Shown here: in pieces, positions 38,725 through 48,544 of the stretch | Position numbering within the stretch: the stretch's first letter is position 1 | Layout: the number at the start of each line of letters is the position of its first letter | Translations under genes and position numbers: made by a program | Source of the DNA: Candidatus Helarchaeota archaeon | GTDB taxonomy: Archaea; Asgardarchaeota; Lokiarchaeia; Helarchaeales; RDOG01 | Assembly (NCBI GenBank): GCA_029838215.1 | Contig: JALGVI010000012.1 | Location: 30,357-94,356 of the forward strand | Direction of reading: 5' to 3' | DNA length: 64,000 nt | The notes under the pieces: model-generated | What the model was told of the DNA's origin: nothing | Seen by the model: only the letters and a program-made list of their open reading frames with translations | The model's database searches: none

Positions 38725-39606
38725 TTATTGAATTGCTCCGCATTTCGAACAAATCTTGTCATCCTTTTCAAGTATTGCATGACAATTCTTGCAAAAATGA
38801 ATTTTTTCCAGTTTTTTACCGCAATGCGAACAAAATTCAGCATCGATGTCGTTCATTCGCCCGCAATCAGGACATTTTACCTGCACGGGGTTCTCCGTCA
38901 AAACAGATTCTTCTTCAGTAGAGATTTCTCGTTCGGCTTCAAAACTTATTGGCTCTGGTCTGGCAACAGATGGTTCTTCCCGTGGAATAACGATACCATT
39001 TTTCGGTTTAGAGCCTCTTCTTGAAATATAGATATAAAGAATGATAATACAAACAGGGATGAAGAGCCAGATTATTGATAGAAAGGCAAAAGGCGTGGGC
39101 AGAAAGGATTGCTGAGCATTTATGTCTAGATCATAAACATCAAAGCTTTCAGCAGGGATCGCCGTATTGTTCGTAACAACGATGTAATAATTACCGCCCA
39201 CCGTGACATATGACGTGAGGTTGTTCAATTCAATGCGCTGTCCGCTTGGAATATCTATAGAGCTGACAGCAATGGATGGTAAACTTGCCACGTCCTCATT
39301 CCAATTTAGATAATTTTGTTCCGCTAAAATGAATATCTGAACGGCATAAACGTCAGACTGCACGGTCAAGGAGATGGAGTTATAAAAATAGAACGGTGGT
39401 TGAAGGTGAGTAAATTTAATTGTTTCATCGTTATAGAAGCCACCCGTGTGATTGTTGATTTTTAACGTATCGGGAATTATTGCAATGGTCGGGTCATCAT
39501 CGTAATACTCGGGCGTTAGAGGAATAAACGGTGATATAATGAAAAGGACTCCGACAATTATGAAAAACGAACACGTTACTCCAAGAATGGTCTTTTTTGA
39601 ATTCAT
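38725..39606 (-). CDS. Two-TM protein with extracellular domain and cytoplasmic double zinc ribbon
   Basis: N-terminal TM, second TM at about aa 172-195, C-terminal CPDC/CSHC/CKNC/CSKC. Confidence 0.75.
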   Translation of the reverse strand: MNSKKTILGVTCSFFIIVGVLFIISPFIPLTPEYYDDDPTIAIIPDTLKINNHTGGFYNDETIKFTHLQPPFYFYNSISLTVQSDVYAVQIFILAEQNYLNWNEDVASLPSIAVSSIDIPSGQRIELNNLTSYVTVGGNYYIVVTNNTAIPAESFDVYDLDINAQQSFLPTPFAFLSIIWLFIPVCIIILYIYISRRGSKPKNGIVIPREEPSVARPEPISFEAEREISTEEESVLTENPVQVKCPDCGRMNDIDAEFCSHCGKKLEKIHFCKNCHAILEKDDKICSKCGAIQ

Positions 39607-39714
39607 CTAGCATCCCATCCATGATTTCAATTGAGAAAAATATGGATTCCATTTCATATATTAATATAACGACACGTGTATATTCTTAAAACTAATTATT
39701 CTCTCTTTAACCGA

Positions 39715-40233
39715 TCAGTATTGAGCAGGAGGCATCTCAGAAATCAATTCATTCAATTGTTTCATTATTTTCTCCAAATCATCAATAAAACTTTGCGACT
39801 TGACGATTTCTTGTTCAAAATTCTCTTTCACGGCTATGAGATTTAAAAGTTTCTCATATTCTTTCACGTCAAATTGCTCGCTAAGCTGAGCCTGCAGAAA
39901 TTGGTCAGTCTGAGCAAGTGTGGAAAATGCTTGATTAACAAAAATCTTCGTGCACATCTCATCCTCGCATTCTGCCGCCACTTTCAGGCAACCGAGAAAG
40001 TGCTGTTGCAAGATATTCGCATTCACCTTGATTTCCATGAGTCGCATGATCGTTTCTAACATTCCGTTCAGGTTTTCTTGTATTTCCCTGAGCGAATCTT
40101 CTTCATTTTTCAACTGATCTAAGACGGCATCAATAGATTTATTTTTAGGAGCCAAGTGTTCAATGTAACTACTTATGTAGTTGTCCAACTCGGCTTTTAT
40201 GGTCGCAAGCTTGTCTTTGATCATGTTCCTCAT
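39715..40233 (-). CDS. Hypothetical coiled-coil protein
   Basis: 172-aa helical ORF. Confidence 0.65.
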   Translation of the reverse strand: MRNMIKDKLATIKAELDNYISSYIEHLAPKNKSIDAVLDQLKNEEDSLREIQENLNGMLETIMRLMEIKVNANILQQHFLGCLKVAAECEDEMCTKIFVNQAFSTLAQTDQFLQAQLSEQFDVKEYEKLLNLIAVKENFEQEIVKSQSFIDDLEKIMKQLNELISEMPPAQY

Positions 40234-40588
40234 CAGATGAGTGTCTTGGTTAAGTACACGAATGATAAAAATTTGAACTTTATAAGTGTTTAACTTCCTT
40301 TTATATTTTTGAGGGCTTCGATATATTACCTTTTTGCCAGAAATTTCTTATTTAAAAAGCGGAGTCCCTGCGAGTAAGTCTAAGCCATGTTTTTTTGCAC
40401 CGTGTTTTCTCAAGCATTAAATAGAACGTTGAGAAAGTATCATACTTTTGATAATTACTTGAGAAAAAAATCAAAAATTGAAAACAAGGAGAAGAAATTC
40501 ATGCGAATTGATTTTTGCACGTGATTCTTCAACACGGACAGAATTCGAATATTAAACTTATAAACAGAAGTCGATTTATTATCACTAA

Positions 40589-41707
40589 TTGGTGATTCAG
40601 TTGGAAATTAAAAACAGTCCTGAATACCTTCAGATGAGCCTTGCAGCAGCAATGACGTTAAATTTCAAAAAAGGTAAGTTTTATCGTGATGCACGTCTAT
40701 ACTGCGTGAATTTATTATTAACATATGAAAATGGTTGCAGGGCGGGATGTGCTTATTGCGGCTTAAATAGAAACCGAGAAAGCAACGCGAATCCTTCCGA
40801 TAAATCTTTCATTCGTGTAGAATGGCCGATATATTCAACGGAAGATGTAATAAACGCCTTAAATTCTGGACATGCTTCTCATGTTGAAAGAGTTTGCATT
40901 TCAATGATTACGAATGCCCGGAGCAAGAAAGATACATTAATTATTGTAGAGAAAATTCATGAAAAAACCGATAAATTGATTTCCGGCTTGATCGCTCCGA
41001 CCATCATTGATGCACGTTGGCTTCATGACCTGAAATCCGCAGGTGCCGATAAGGTAGGAATTGCAATCGATGCAATAAACCCCGAGTTATTTGATAAATA
41101 TCGAGGTTCAGGAGTCAAGGGTCCACATAAATGGGAAAAATACATGCAAATACTTGAAGAGAGTAGAAAAGTTTTCGGACCTGAAAACGTTAGCGTTCAT
41201 TTAATTGTTGGACTCGGTGAGTCAGAGGAAGAAATGGTTAAACTTTTCCAACACCTTCAGGACATGGGTGTTCAAATTCATTTATTTTCATTTTTTCCCG
41301 AACCCGGTTCGAAACTAGAGGAAAGAGAGCAACCAGGAATCGGAACATATCGACGGATGCAATTAACCCGTTATCTCCTTGCAAGCAATCTCACGCATTA
41401 CGAGAAAATGATTTTTAATGAAAAATCACAGGTAATTGACTTTGGTCTTTCAGAAGCAAAGCTTGAAGAAGTAATTAACGAAGGTAAGGCGTTTATGACA
41501 TCAGGGTGTTCTGGAAAGACCCTAGAAGTTGCGTGTAACCGACCATATGCAAACTGCACGCCATTTCAAGCTTACATGGGTGAAACCCGCAATTTTCCTT
41601 TCCTACCCACGCCCAAAGACATTGAACTTATTAAAAAACAATTGAAGAATTACCAAGATATCTACATTAAAACGATTGATAAGGCCGAGGCTTTCATCAA
41701 CGAATAA
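40589..41707 (+). CDS. lipS2: Radical SAM lipoyl synthase subunit LipS2-like
   Basis: CRAGCAYC; C-terminal TSGC...ACNRP matching the LipS2 TxGCP..C(N/D)RP motif. Confidence 0.8.
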   Translation: MVIQLEIKNSPEYLQMSLAAAMTLNFKKGKFYRDARLYCVNLLLTYENGCRAGCAYCGLNRNRESNANPSDKSFIRVEWPIYSTEDVINALNSGHASHVERVCISMITNARSKKDTLIIVEKIHEKTDKLISGLIAPTIIDARWLHDLKSAGADKVGIAIDAINPELFDKYRGSGVKGPHKWEKYMQILEESRKVFGPENVSVHLIVGLGESEEEMVKLFQHLQDMGVQIHLFSFFPEPGSKLEEREQPGIGTYRRMQLTRYLLASNLTHYEKMIFNEKSQVIDFGLSEAKLEEVINEGKAFMTSGCSGKTLEVACNRPYANCTPFQAYMGETRNFPFLPTPKDIELIKKQLKNYQDIYIKTIDKAEAFINE

Positions 41708-41718
41708 CATCCAATTAC

Positions 41719-42726
41719 TTGGTGAACATGCAAGCAATACCACAAAACATCTGGAATAAAACAGAACGATGTTTTCAAGAAATGCAAAAAGAAGCATTTC
41801 AATTAAGGTTAAAACGATTCGGAAATGATTTATGGTGTTATTCACCCGCAATGATCTACTATGGCATTGAACAACATGAGCACCAAGATCGGCACAAGTT
41901 CATTTCTGTTAGCATCACAGGTAGTGCCTGTCAATTAAATTGTGAACATTGCAAGTCGAAAATTCTGGAAACAATGCATTTCGCACGAACACCCGAAAAA
42001 TTATTGGACCTTGCAAGAATACAGAAGAATAAGGGCTGCGAGAACATTTTACTTAGCGGAGGGTCAAACAAGGACGGGTCTGTTCCACTATCAGGCTTTC
42101 TAGAAGTCATTGATAAAATAAAAAACGATTTGGAAATGCATGTTTTTATTCATAGCGGTTTAATTACAGAGGAGTTCGCTCAAGAAGTTTCTAGAATTAA
42201 TATCGATAACCTCATGTTTGACGTGATCGGGGACGACGATACCATTTCCAAGATCTATCATCTGGATAAAAAAGTAACGGATTTCGAGAATTCCCTGAGA
42301 CTTGTAAAAAAATACAACATACCGCATGTCCCTCATATCATTCTCGGTCTAAATTATGGGCGATTTAAAGGCGAACTCAAGGCACTTGAAATGATAAGAG
42401 ATCATCCACCTCAGGCTTTGGTCTTGGTCGTTTTGAAACCGTTGGAAAATACGCCAATGCAGGACGTTACACCTCCACCCATTCATCAGATCTCACGTTT
42501 TTTCATTACGGCTCGATTTAGCCTGCCCGATACTCCAATCACGTTGGGATGTGCCAGACCAATAGGAGATTACCGTATAGCTTCAGACATTCAAGCAATT
42601 GATTCAGGACTAAACGGGATTGCATTCCTTTCTCAAGAAGGAGCAGACCATGCAGAAAGTAAGAATCTGAACTTGAAATTCGTGGACACGTGTTGCTCGA
42701 CTATCAATGCTAAAATGTTTTCGTGA
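41719..42726 (+). CDS. lipS1: Radical SAM lipoyl synthase subunit LipS1-like
   Basis: CQLNCEHC; LGCARP (GC(M/A)R) and terminal CC motif. Confidence 0.8.
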   Translation: MVNMQAIPQNIWNKTERCFQEMQKEAFQLRLKRFGNDLWCYSPAMIYYGIEQHEHQDRHKFISVSITGSACQLNCEHCKSKILETMHFARTPEKLLDLARIQKNKGCENILLSGGSNKDGSVPLSGFLEVIDKIKNDLEMHVFIHSGLITEEFAQEVSRINIDNLMFDVIGDDDTISKIYHLDKKVTDFENSLRLVKKYNIPHVPHIILGLNYGRFKGELKALEMIRDHPPQALVLVVLKPLENTPMQDVTPPPIHQISRFFITARFSLPDTPITLGCARPIGDYRIASDIQAIDSGLNGIAFLSQEGADHAESKNLNLKFVDTCCSTINAKMFS

Positions 42727-42738
42727 CGACGTGATCTC

Positions 42739-43545
42739 ATGAACGAATGGCGCATCATCCGTGATTCTCAACGCCCTGCCTGCCTGAACTTGGCAATCGA
42801 TGAAGTTCTTTTAAGGCTTTGTGATTCAGGACAAGCATCTCGAATTCTAAAATTTAATTACTTCAGTCCGCCTGCCGTAATTTTAGGAACTAATCAGGTC
42901 GCTTCAGAAATTAATTTAACATACATAAAGAAAAATGAGTTTGATTTAAATCGAAGGCTGACGGGAGGCGGTGTCATTTTAATCGGTTTTCCCAACCATA
43001 CTTCTCAGATTGGAATATCCTTTATCACGCCTTTAAATCCTGAGATTCCCTCCAAATTGTCCCGAATTTTTAAACATTTCAGTAATATCCTCTTGAAATC
43101 ACTGACAGATCTCGGACTTGACCCTTTCTATCAGAGAAATTCGGACATTTTTGTAAACCAAAAGAAAATAATCGGCAATGGCATTTACATGATGGAAAAT
43201 GCTTTCATATTCCATTCCGTCATCTTGTACGATTTCGTTCCCGCTGCCATAGTCGACCTATTAAATACATCGCCAAACGTTGATCGACAGGTCTTGTTAA
43301 AAAAAATTAAAGCATCTCATACCAGCCTGAGAACAGAAGTCCATTCGGAAGTCACCACGAAAGATGTTGAGGATCTGATCATCAAGAACATGGAATCCAC
43401 GTGGAACATTACAACTCACGATAAGCCATTAACAGAAACAGAACTAACGATGGCACGATCTTTAAATGACCAAAAATACGCCACATCAGAATGGATTCTT
43501 CAAGAAGATAAAGATCTTTCGCAATTCGGTTCCTGTTTTATCTAA
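42739..43545 (+). CDS. Lipoate-protein ligase family protein (catalytic domain)
   Basis: NLAIDE, RRLTGGG, KIIGNG motifs. Confidence 0.88.
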   Translation: MNEWRIIRDSQRPACLNLAIDEVLLRLCDSGQASRILKFNYFSPPAVILGTNQVASEINLTYIKKNEFDLNRRLTGGGVILIGFPNHTSQIGISFITPLNPEIPSKLSRIFKHFSNILLKSLTDLGLDPFYQRNSDIFVNQKKIIGNGIYMMENAFIFHSVILYDFVPAAIVDLLNTSPNVDRQVLLKKIKASHTSLRTEVHSEVTTKDVEDLIIKNMESTWNITTHDKPLTETELTMARSLNDQKYATSEWILQEDKDLSQFGSCFI

Positions 43546-43626
43546 ACGAAACTTTTTCCAAGTAAGTTTTTTAAGATTCTTGATGGAATAATAAAAATGA
43601 TCTAATATTTTTTCGAGGACTTACTA

Positions 43627-43989
43627 ATGGAAACAACACGCCAATACCCACATTCAAAAGAGGTAACCATAAAGGCTCTTCGCAAATTAGAAGACGATCA
43701 ACCCAACCAGAGATATTCCATAATCGGTAAAGTAGGAAAAATGGGCACCGACTTCTTCATTTTGGACGACACGACATCAAAAATAGGCATTCGAATGAAT
43801 CAGCAGACAAGCCTCTTTCCTGAGGGCTTAAAAATCATCGAAAATGAACTTTACCGCGTTTATGGCAAGATCGAAAAAACTCCGGACGGCATCCTTCAAG
43901 TCCAAGCAGACATCATCCAAGAAATGAAGGGAATTGACATTCAGACCTTTTTAAAGGTCAAGCAGAAGAAACATAAAATGGTCAATTAA
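43627..43989 (+). CDS. Single OB-fold protein, RPA small-subunit-like
   Basis: IIGKV...FILDDTT...LYRVYGKI...QADII pattern; directly upstream of PCNA. Confidence 0.6.
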   Translation: METTRQYPHSKEVTIKALRKLEDDQPNQRYSIIGKVGKMGTDFFILDDTTSKIGIRMNQQTSLFPEGLKIIENELYRVYGKIEKTPDGILQVQADIIQEMKGIDIQTFLKVKQKKHKMVN

Positions 43990-44163
43990 ACAAATAGATA
44001 ATTCTCTCAAGATAATTAATAAAAATTCAGTTTCCAATAGTGATTAAAATCTACAAGCAATTGTTAATTTGTAAATTAAAAGATTACCGACAAAAACATC
44101 GTGAATGACTTTAAAAAGGATGTTTTTAACTAAAAATAAAGACGTAGAGGAGATATTTCCAGC

Positions 44164-44988
44164 ATGTTTAAATGTTATTTAGAATCAAATGCTCTATCAA
44201 CATTTCGAAGCATCATTGACGTGATTAGTACCGTAACCGATGAGGCAAAATTCATTGCAACCCAAAATGGGCTGAGCATGCAAGCAATAGACCATTCAAA
44301 TATTCTTCTGGTCGACTTGTTTATCTCGAATGGATTCTTCAAGGAATACCAGTGTGATGATGAAGTAATCATCGGCTTGCGCATCCCTGATTTGAATAAA
44401 CTCTTGAAAAGGAGTTCCTCCGAAGATGCCGAAGTCAAGTTAGAAGAAAAGACGAATAAAGTAAGTTTCAAATTTCTCGGTAAAGTCAAAAGAACCCACA
44501 AGTTAAAACTATTTGAGATATTAGAAGATAACAAGATCCCACCAAATTCCATCCAAAAAATCGAACCACAACTGGAAAGCGCCGTTGAACTGTTTGCAAA
44601 TGACGTGAAATTCATCACGGGTGATGCCGCATTATATAGTGATGCTTTGATTCTCACCCTTAACAGTAAGCAATTTTTGGTTCGGGCAAGTGGAGACGTC
44701 GGAGAATACGACCTCGAGATCGATCTGACAGAAGACCACAACGTGGACGTGAAAGGAGAAACGACCTCAACATACGCACTCCAATATTTCACGAACGTCC
44801 TTAAAGCCGCAAGCCTTACCGATAAAATCAAGGTCAAGTTCTCTTCAAATAAACCGATCCTTCTCGAATTTCCATTCGAAGAAGCCAGCCACATCAAATT
44901 CTTACTTGCACCTCGCGTGGAAGAAGAAGACGAAGAAGATTTTGATGACGATATTAATGATGCAAACGATGATATCGAGTTCGATTAA
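44164..44988 (+). CDS. pcn: PCNA sliding clamp with acidic C-terminal tail
   Basis: QAIDHSNILLV, YALQYF, KFLLAPRVE. Confidence 0.95.
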   Translation: MFKCYLESNALSTFRSIIDVISTVTDEAKFIATQNGLSMQAIDHSNILLVDLFISNGFFKEYQCDDEVIIGLRIPDLNKLLKRSSSEDAEVKLEEKTNKVSFKFLGKVKRTHKLKLFEILEDNKIPPNSIQKIEPQLESAVELFANDVKFITGDAALYSDALILTLNSKQFLVRASGDVGEYDLEIDLTEDHNVDVKGETTSTYALQYFTNVLKAASLTDKIKVKFSSNKPILLEFPFEEASHIKFLLAPRVEEEDEEDFDDDINDANDDIEFD

Positions 44989-45032
44989 CGAACATGACTG
45001 ATGGTCTGAATTGAAAAGCTCTTGACCATCAT

Positions 45033-45128
45033 TCAGATCTTTTTATTTTTTAAACCAACCAAGATAATAGTAAATCACGTATATTCAACGAAGAATCCTG
45101 AGGATTCTATTGCTTCCGTGTAGCCGTA
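45033..45128 (-). pseudogene. Degenerate duplicate of the last ~29 codons, stop and 10 nt of 3' flank of gene 45984..46769 (direct repeat copy 1)
   Basis: 96 bp matching 45974..46070 with 3 substitutions and a 1-bp frameshifting deletion. Confidence 0.9.
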
Positions 45129-45287
45129 GAGTTCAATGATAAATAGAAAACGGATTTTTGACTAATAAAAAAGGGGAGCATTAAATCTCATTATTTGGTA
45201 TTATATGATAGAGTAAAATAAATAAGAAGCATTAGTATTTTAAAATTTTAAGAAATTCGAGGAAATAAAATAAGAATTTTTTATTTT

Positions 45288-45527
45288 GTGATAAGCATGA
45301 CAAGTAAGATGGATGGTAAAATCATAGAAGACCTGATAAACACGAAGTTACGGGTATTGGATGAAAAGATAGGTAAAATTCTCAAGAAATGGAAGGTTAA
45401 TAATGTTAATCAATTAATAAATGGTGCAAGATCTGGGGAGATTGAAGAAGCGGAGTCAGATGCAATCGAGCTCCAAAATTTGGTTGCCAAACGTGAAGAG
45501 ATTGAAAAACTTTATCAATCAATGTGA
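45288..45527 (+). CDS. Putative antitoxin (TumA-like partner of the DUF6516 gene)
   Basis: Small helical protein 6 bp upstream of a DUF6516-like gene. Confidence 0.6.
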   Translation: MISMTSKMDGKIIEDLINTKLRVLDEKIGKILKKWKVNNVNQLINGARSGEIEEAESDAIELQNLVAKREEIEKLYQSM

Positions 45528-45533
45528 AATGGA

Positions 45534-45905
45534 ATGAAATTCGAGGATTCGATTCAAGACGCTTTAGATGTCATGCAAACGGAACTTAAAGGACACATAA
45601 TCAAGACCGAATTAGATTTTGACGCTGGAAGATTAAAATTCACTCTAAAAAATAGTGTTATTATCTATATTCGGTATAATAATTATCAGCAATATTCTTA
45701 TGTAATACAATTTTCGTTAAAACAAGATGATCGTGTCAGGTTTGATAATTTTGATGCAAGGTGGAATGTTAGCTCTTCTCCTCATCATTGTCATCCGAGA
45801 TTTAGAAGGGATGGTGTAGAAAGCATCTTTTCAGGTCATCCAAGATCTGATCTTCCAGTTTTATGCAAAATGATAAAGAATAAAGAAATCTTTAAAATTA
45901 AATGA
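45534..45905 (+). CDS. DUF6516/TumE-like putative toxin
   Basis: YSY...RFDN...PHHCH motif order typical of DUF6516. Confidence 0.7.
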   Translation: MKFEDSIQDALDVMQTELKGHIIKTELDFDAGRLKFTLKNSVIIYIRYNNYQQYSYVIQFSLKQDDRVRFDNFDARWNVSSSPHHCHPRFRRDGVESIFSGHPRSDLPVLCKMIKNKEIFKIK

Positions 45906-45973
45906 TATACACGAATAAAATTTGAGTGATAATTAAGGAAATTGCCATAAATTGAAAAAACTCTGGGCACTAC

Positions 45974-46070
45974 TCAGATCTTTTTATTTTTTAAACCAAC
46001 CAAGATAATAGTAAATCACGTAGTATCCAACGAAGAATCCGGAGGATTCTATTGCTCCCGTGTAGCCGTA
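45974..46070 (-). repeat. Direct repeat copy 2 (intact gene 3' end)
   Basis: 97 bp, tcagatctttttatttttt...tgtagccgta. Confidence 0.92.
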
Positions 46071-46769
46071 CATTATCAAGATTTCTAAGAAGATGTTTGT
46101 TCGATAATATGCAAATCCGTTAAATATTTCGATGTAACGCAATCCAGCCACGTGAAGCGGAATTGCCATTGCAACAGAAATTATCATTAGTCCCAAGTAA
46201 TAGTAAAGGAGCCCCATCTTTCCTTCTTTTGGGATTTTTTTCCAAGGAAGGATTCCTACGAATGCGATTCCGTACATCACCACCAGAATGATGATGCTAC
46301 CGATGGAGAAGAGATCTCGTCTTGTAATTTCCAATGCGGCAGGATTCACCAGCAATGTCTTTTGAATCAGTACTGCACCGGGAATTTCGATCAAAACCAT
46401 TATGCTACACACTATCACGAAATACCAAAGCGAGAATTTATCACGAAATAAAACAGCTCTCATGAAAAGAAGTCCTGATAATCCTACCAATCCTCCTTCA
46501 AAAAGTCCAAGAATGATTGGAGTGAACGGGTATGAGATGGGAATGATGCCGAATAACAGCGTGCTCTCGACGACTCTTGCACCCACGCCTTCAGCCAGCA
46601 ATTCCATGCACGTGTGAAATCCTGAAGTTGCAAGAAAAACCCACAGCGGTATTTTATCTTTTTTCAAAATTGCCACGATTGCACAGCTTGCTAAAATTCC
46701 AAGTGAAAAAATCAATTCAAAAGTATAGAGCAGTTGAGTAACGTATCGGGTCATGATGATGACGAACAT
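45984..46769 (-). CDS. Hypothetical multi-TM membrane protein
   Basis: About 7 hydrophobic segments. Confidence 0.75.
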   Translation of the reverse strand: MFVIIMTRYVTQLLYTFELIFSLGILASCAIVAILKKDKIPLWVFLATSGFHTCMELLAEGVGARVVESTLLFGIIPISYPFTPIILGLFEGGLVGLSGLLFMRAVLFRDKFSLWYFVIVCSIMVLIEIPGAVLIQKTLLVNPAALEITRRDLFSIGSIIILVVMYGIAFVGILPWKKIPKEGKMGLLYYYLGLMIISVAMAIPLHVAGLRYIEIFNGFAYYRTNIFLEILIMYGYTGAIESSGFFVGYYVIYYYLGWFKK

Positions 46770-46881
46770 GCAGAAATCATCTCGAATTTTTTGATATAAA
46801 TCAGATTTTGGATTAAGGATTATAAAGATTATTTCCGCACGTTAAAATCAAAAAAAATGAATGGAAATCAAAAAAAGGAAT

Positions 46882-47364
46882 TCATACGGAACAAGCGAGT
46901 TTTTGCAACTCTTTAAACAGAGTTTGCTTGTTTTTGGGATTTATGGCGACCATTCCTATTGTTTTCACGCCGAGGTGTGATTGTATCACTTCGGGTGGCA
47001 TTGCACCAGGAAGATCCTGTTTATTTGCGATGGCAATCACGTGAGCGTTGTTGTAGGACTTGTATTTATTAACCAATGCTTTTGTTTGAGCGACATTTGC
47101 AGGAGTGGAATCAGTAATGAAACACATTACTTTTGTGCCCGGCAAGAATGAATCCCACAAGAATCGGAATTGTTCCTGTCCACCGAGATCATGAACGCTG
47201 ACTTTCACGTCGGGTTGAACCTGAATTGTTCCAAAGTCGATGCCAACTGTTGGATCATGCGGTCTTTTCAGTTCGTCTTCCGATGCACCTTTCAGGAGTT
47301 TCATTAACGTGCTTTTTCCGACACCCGGATGGCCCATAATGGATGCTTTTACTACTTTAGGCAT
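46882..47364 (-). CDS. Small Ras-superfamily (Arf/Rab-like) GTPase
   Basis: GHPGVGKST, PTVGIDF, DLGGQ, NKQD. Confidence 0.92.
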   Translation of the reverse strand: MPKVVKASIMGHPGVGKSTLMKLLKGASEDELKRPHDPTVGIDFGTIQVQPDVKVSVHDLGGQEQFRFLWDSFLPGTKVMCFITDSTPANVAQTKALVNKYKSYNNAHVIAIANKQDLPGAMPPEVIQSHLGVKTIGMVAINPKNKQTLFKELQKLACSV

Positions 47365-47755
47365 AAGACCTCCACCAATATTTTTTTCAACCGTTTAAAT
47401 TGATTCAGTTTTAAGACATACAAGGCTGGAAACAAGATAAGTTCATGGAATATCCTAGTCATCCTTGCATGCATGCGGTGATGTCATCTTGATCTAGATT
47501 TTAGAATTGCAAGAAACAATGCTGAGGACAGGGATTTTGTTTTAGGATTTGATTATTGGGGAAGGAAGTCAAGACGGGAATGTTTCAAGTTAGAAAGCAA
47601 GCAAAAGGTCGTTTAGAGAGAAAAATTTAAAAATTGATAAGATTTATAAATGCTAATTCAACAAACCATTTACCAAGTTCAAACTTTAATCTCTCATAGA
47701 TTAACCAATGATGAACCTGAAGTAAGCTACACTGAAATAGTTTGGTGATACGTGA

Positions 47756-48094
47756 ATGGAATTTTGTCCAGAATGTGAATCATTGCTATATCCCCAAAAA
47801 AATTCTAAGGGAAAGATGGTGCTCAAGTGCAGGAAATGCGGCAAGGAAGTTGCACTAAAAAAAGATGCAAAAATTGAGCGTGTTAGTATTAGGGAAGAAT
47901 TAACTCACGAAATAGAGGACATTCCTGTCATAGAAGACGATATTGATACGCTTCCAACAAGACGAGAAATTTGTGAAAAATGCGGTAATGACGTTGCGTT
48001 TTATTGGCAAGTTCAAACCAGAAGTGCTGATGAAAGCATGACGACATTCTTCCGCTGTAAGAAGTGCAAACACACGTGGCGTGAATACGAATAA
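47756..48094 (+). CDS. tfs: Transcription factor S
   Basis: FCPECESLL; C-terminal QTRSADESMTTFFRCKKC with the acidic DE hairpin. Confidence 0.94.
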   Translation: MEFCPECESLLYPQKNSKGKMVLKCRKCGKEVALKKDAKIERVSIREELTHEIEDIPVIEDDIDTLPTRREICEKCGNDVAFYWQVQTRSADESMTTFFRCKKCKHTWREYE

Positions 48095-48172
48095 GAGCAC
48101 CAATGAGTAGGTGCATTGCATGAACGATTTTGACTTACCGTCTGTTAAAAAAAAAGATCTGTTCGGGAGATA

Positions 48173-48544
48173 ATGCAAGATAAAGGTCTTGCAAAATTAG
48201 GGGATAATCTCGTCAATTTACTTTATTCTATTGCGAAATCTCGTGCTATTGGTGAACCAACAGGCTGGAAAGTATCCGCAAAAGTGCTAAGCACCGCATT
48301 AAAGCAATCGCCTTTTTATAAAGTCATTCCCCGTCGGGCTTCAATGCACGATCTCGGAGACTTTTTTGAAGCATTATGTGCCCATGCTTGGTTGACTAAA
48401 GCAATGACACTCAACGAAATGCAAGAAATTTTATACTTGACAATGAAAGAAGGGAATTTTTCAACTCGTAAAAATGAAGAGATCGTAGCAGGAGAAGCAT
48501 TCTTTCAATTACTTAATGGCTTGAGAAAAAATTATGATTTTTAA
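48173..48544 (+). CDS. Archaeal RNase III-like (Mini-III-like) domain protein
   Basis: DKGLAKLGDNLVN...GDFFEA. Confidence 0.8.
   Translation: MQDKGLAKLGDNLVNLLYSIAKSRAIGEPTGWKVSAKVLSTALKQSPFYKVIPRRASMHDLGDFFEALCAHAWLTKAMTLNEMQEILYLTMKEGNFSTRKNEEIVAGEAFFQLLNGLRKNYDF

Larger units (their letters stand above)
45033..46070. mobile_element. Minimal integrated islet: 845-bp insert carrying a toxin-antitoxin-like pair between direct repeats
   Basis: att-like duplication of the host gene 3' end; AT-rich interior; no integrase seen. Confidence 0.6.

Noticed and set aside
42724-42741. TGA of lipS1 is in frame with the ligase gene (selenocysteine readthrough?)
   Set aside because: The TGA is not at a catalytic Cys position, no SECIS was seen, and the ligase has its own ATG.
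44175-44897. 240-aa antisense ORF
   Set aside because: It lies entirely opposite pcna and has no protein-like motifs; the same applies to 62175-62759 (rpiA), 37851-38444 (cooC) and other nested antisense ORFs.
44999-45031. TGATGGTC-N17-GACCATCA as a transposon terminal inverted repeat
   Set aside because: It is a single local hairpin between convergent gene ends with no partner at the far side of the islet; a terminator-like structure is more likely.
46882-46896. Possible prenylation motif at the GTPase C-terminus (LACSV)
   Set aside because: The Cys is third from the end, so it is not CaaX, CC or CxC.
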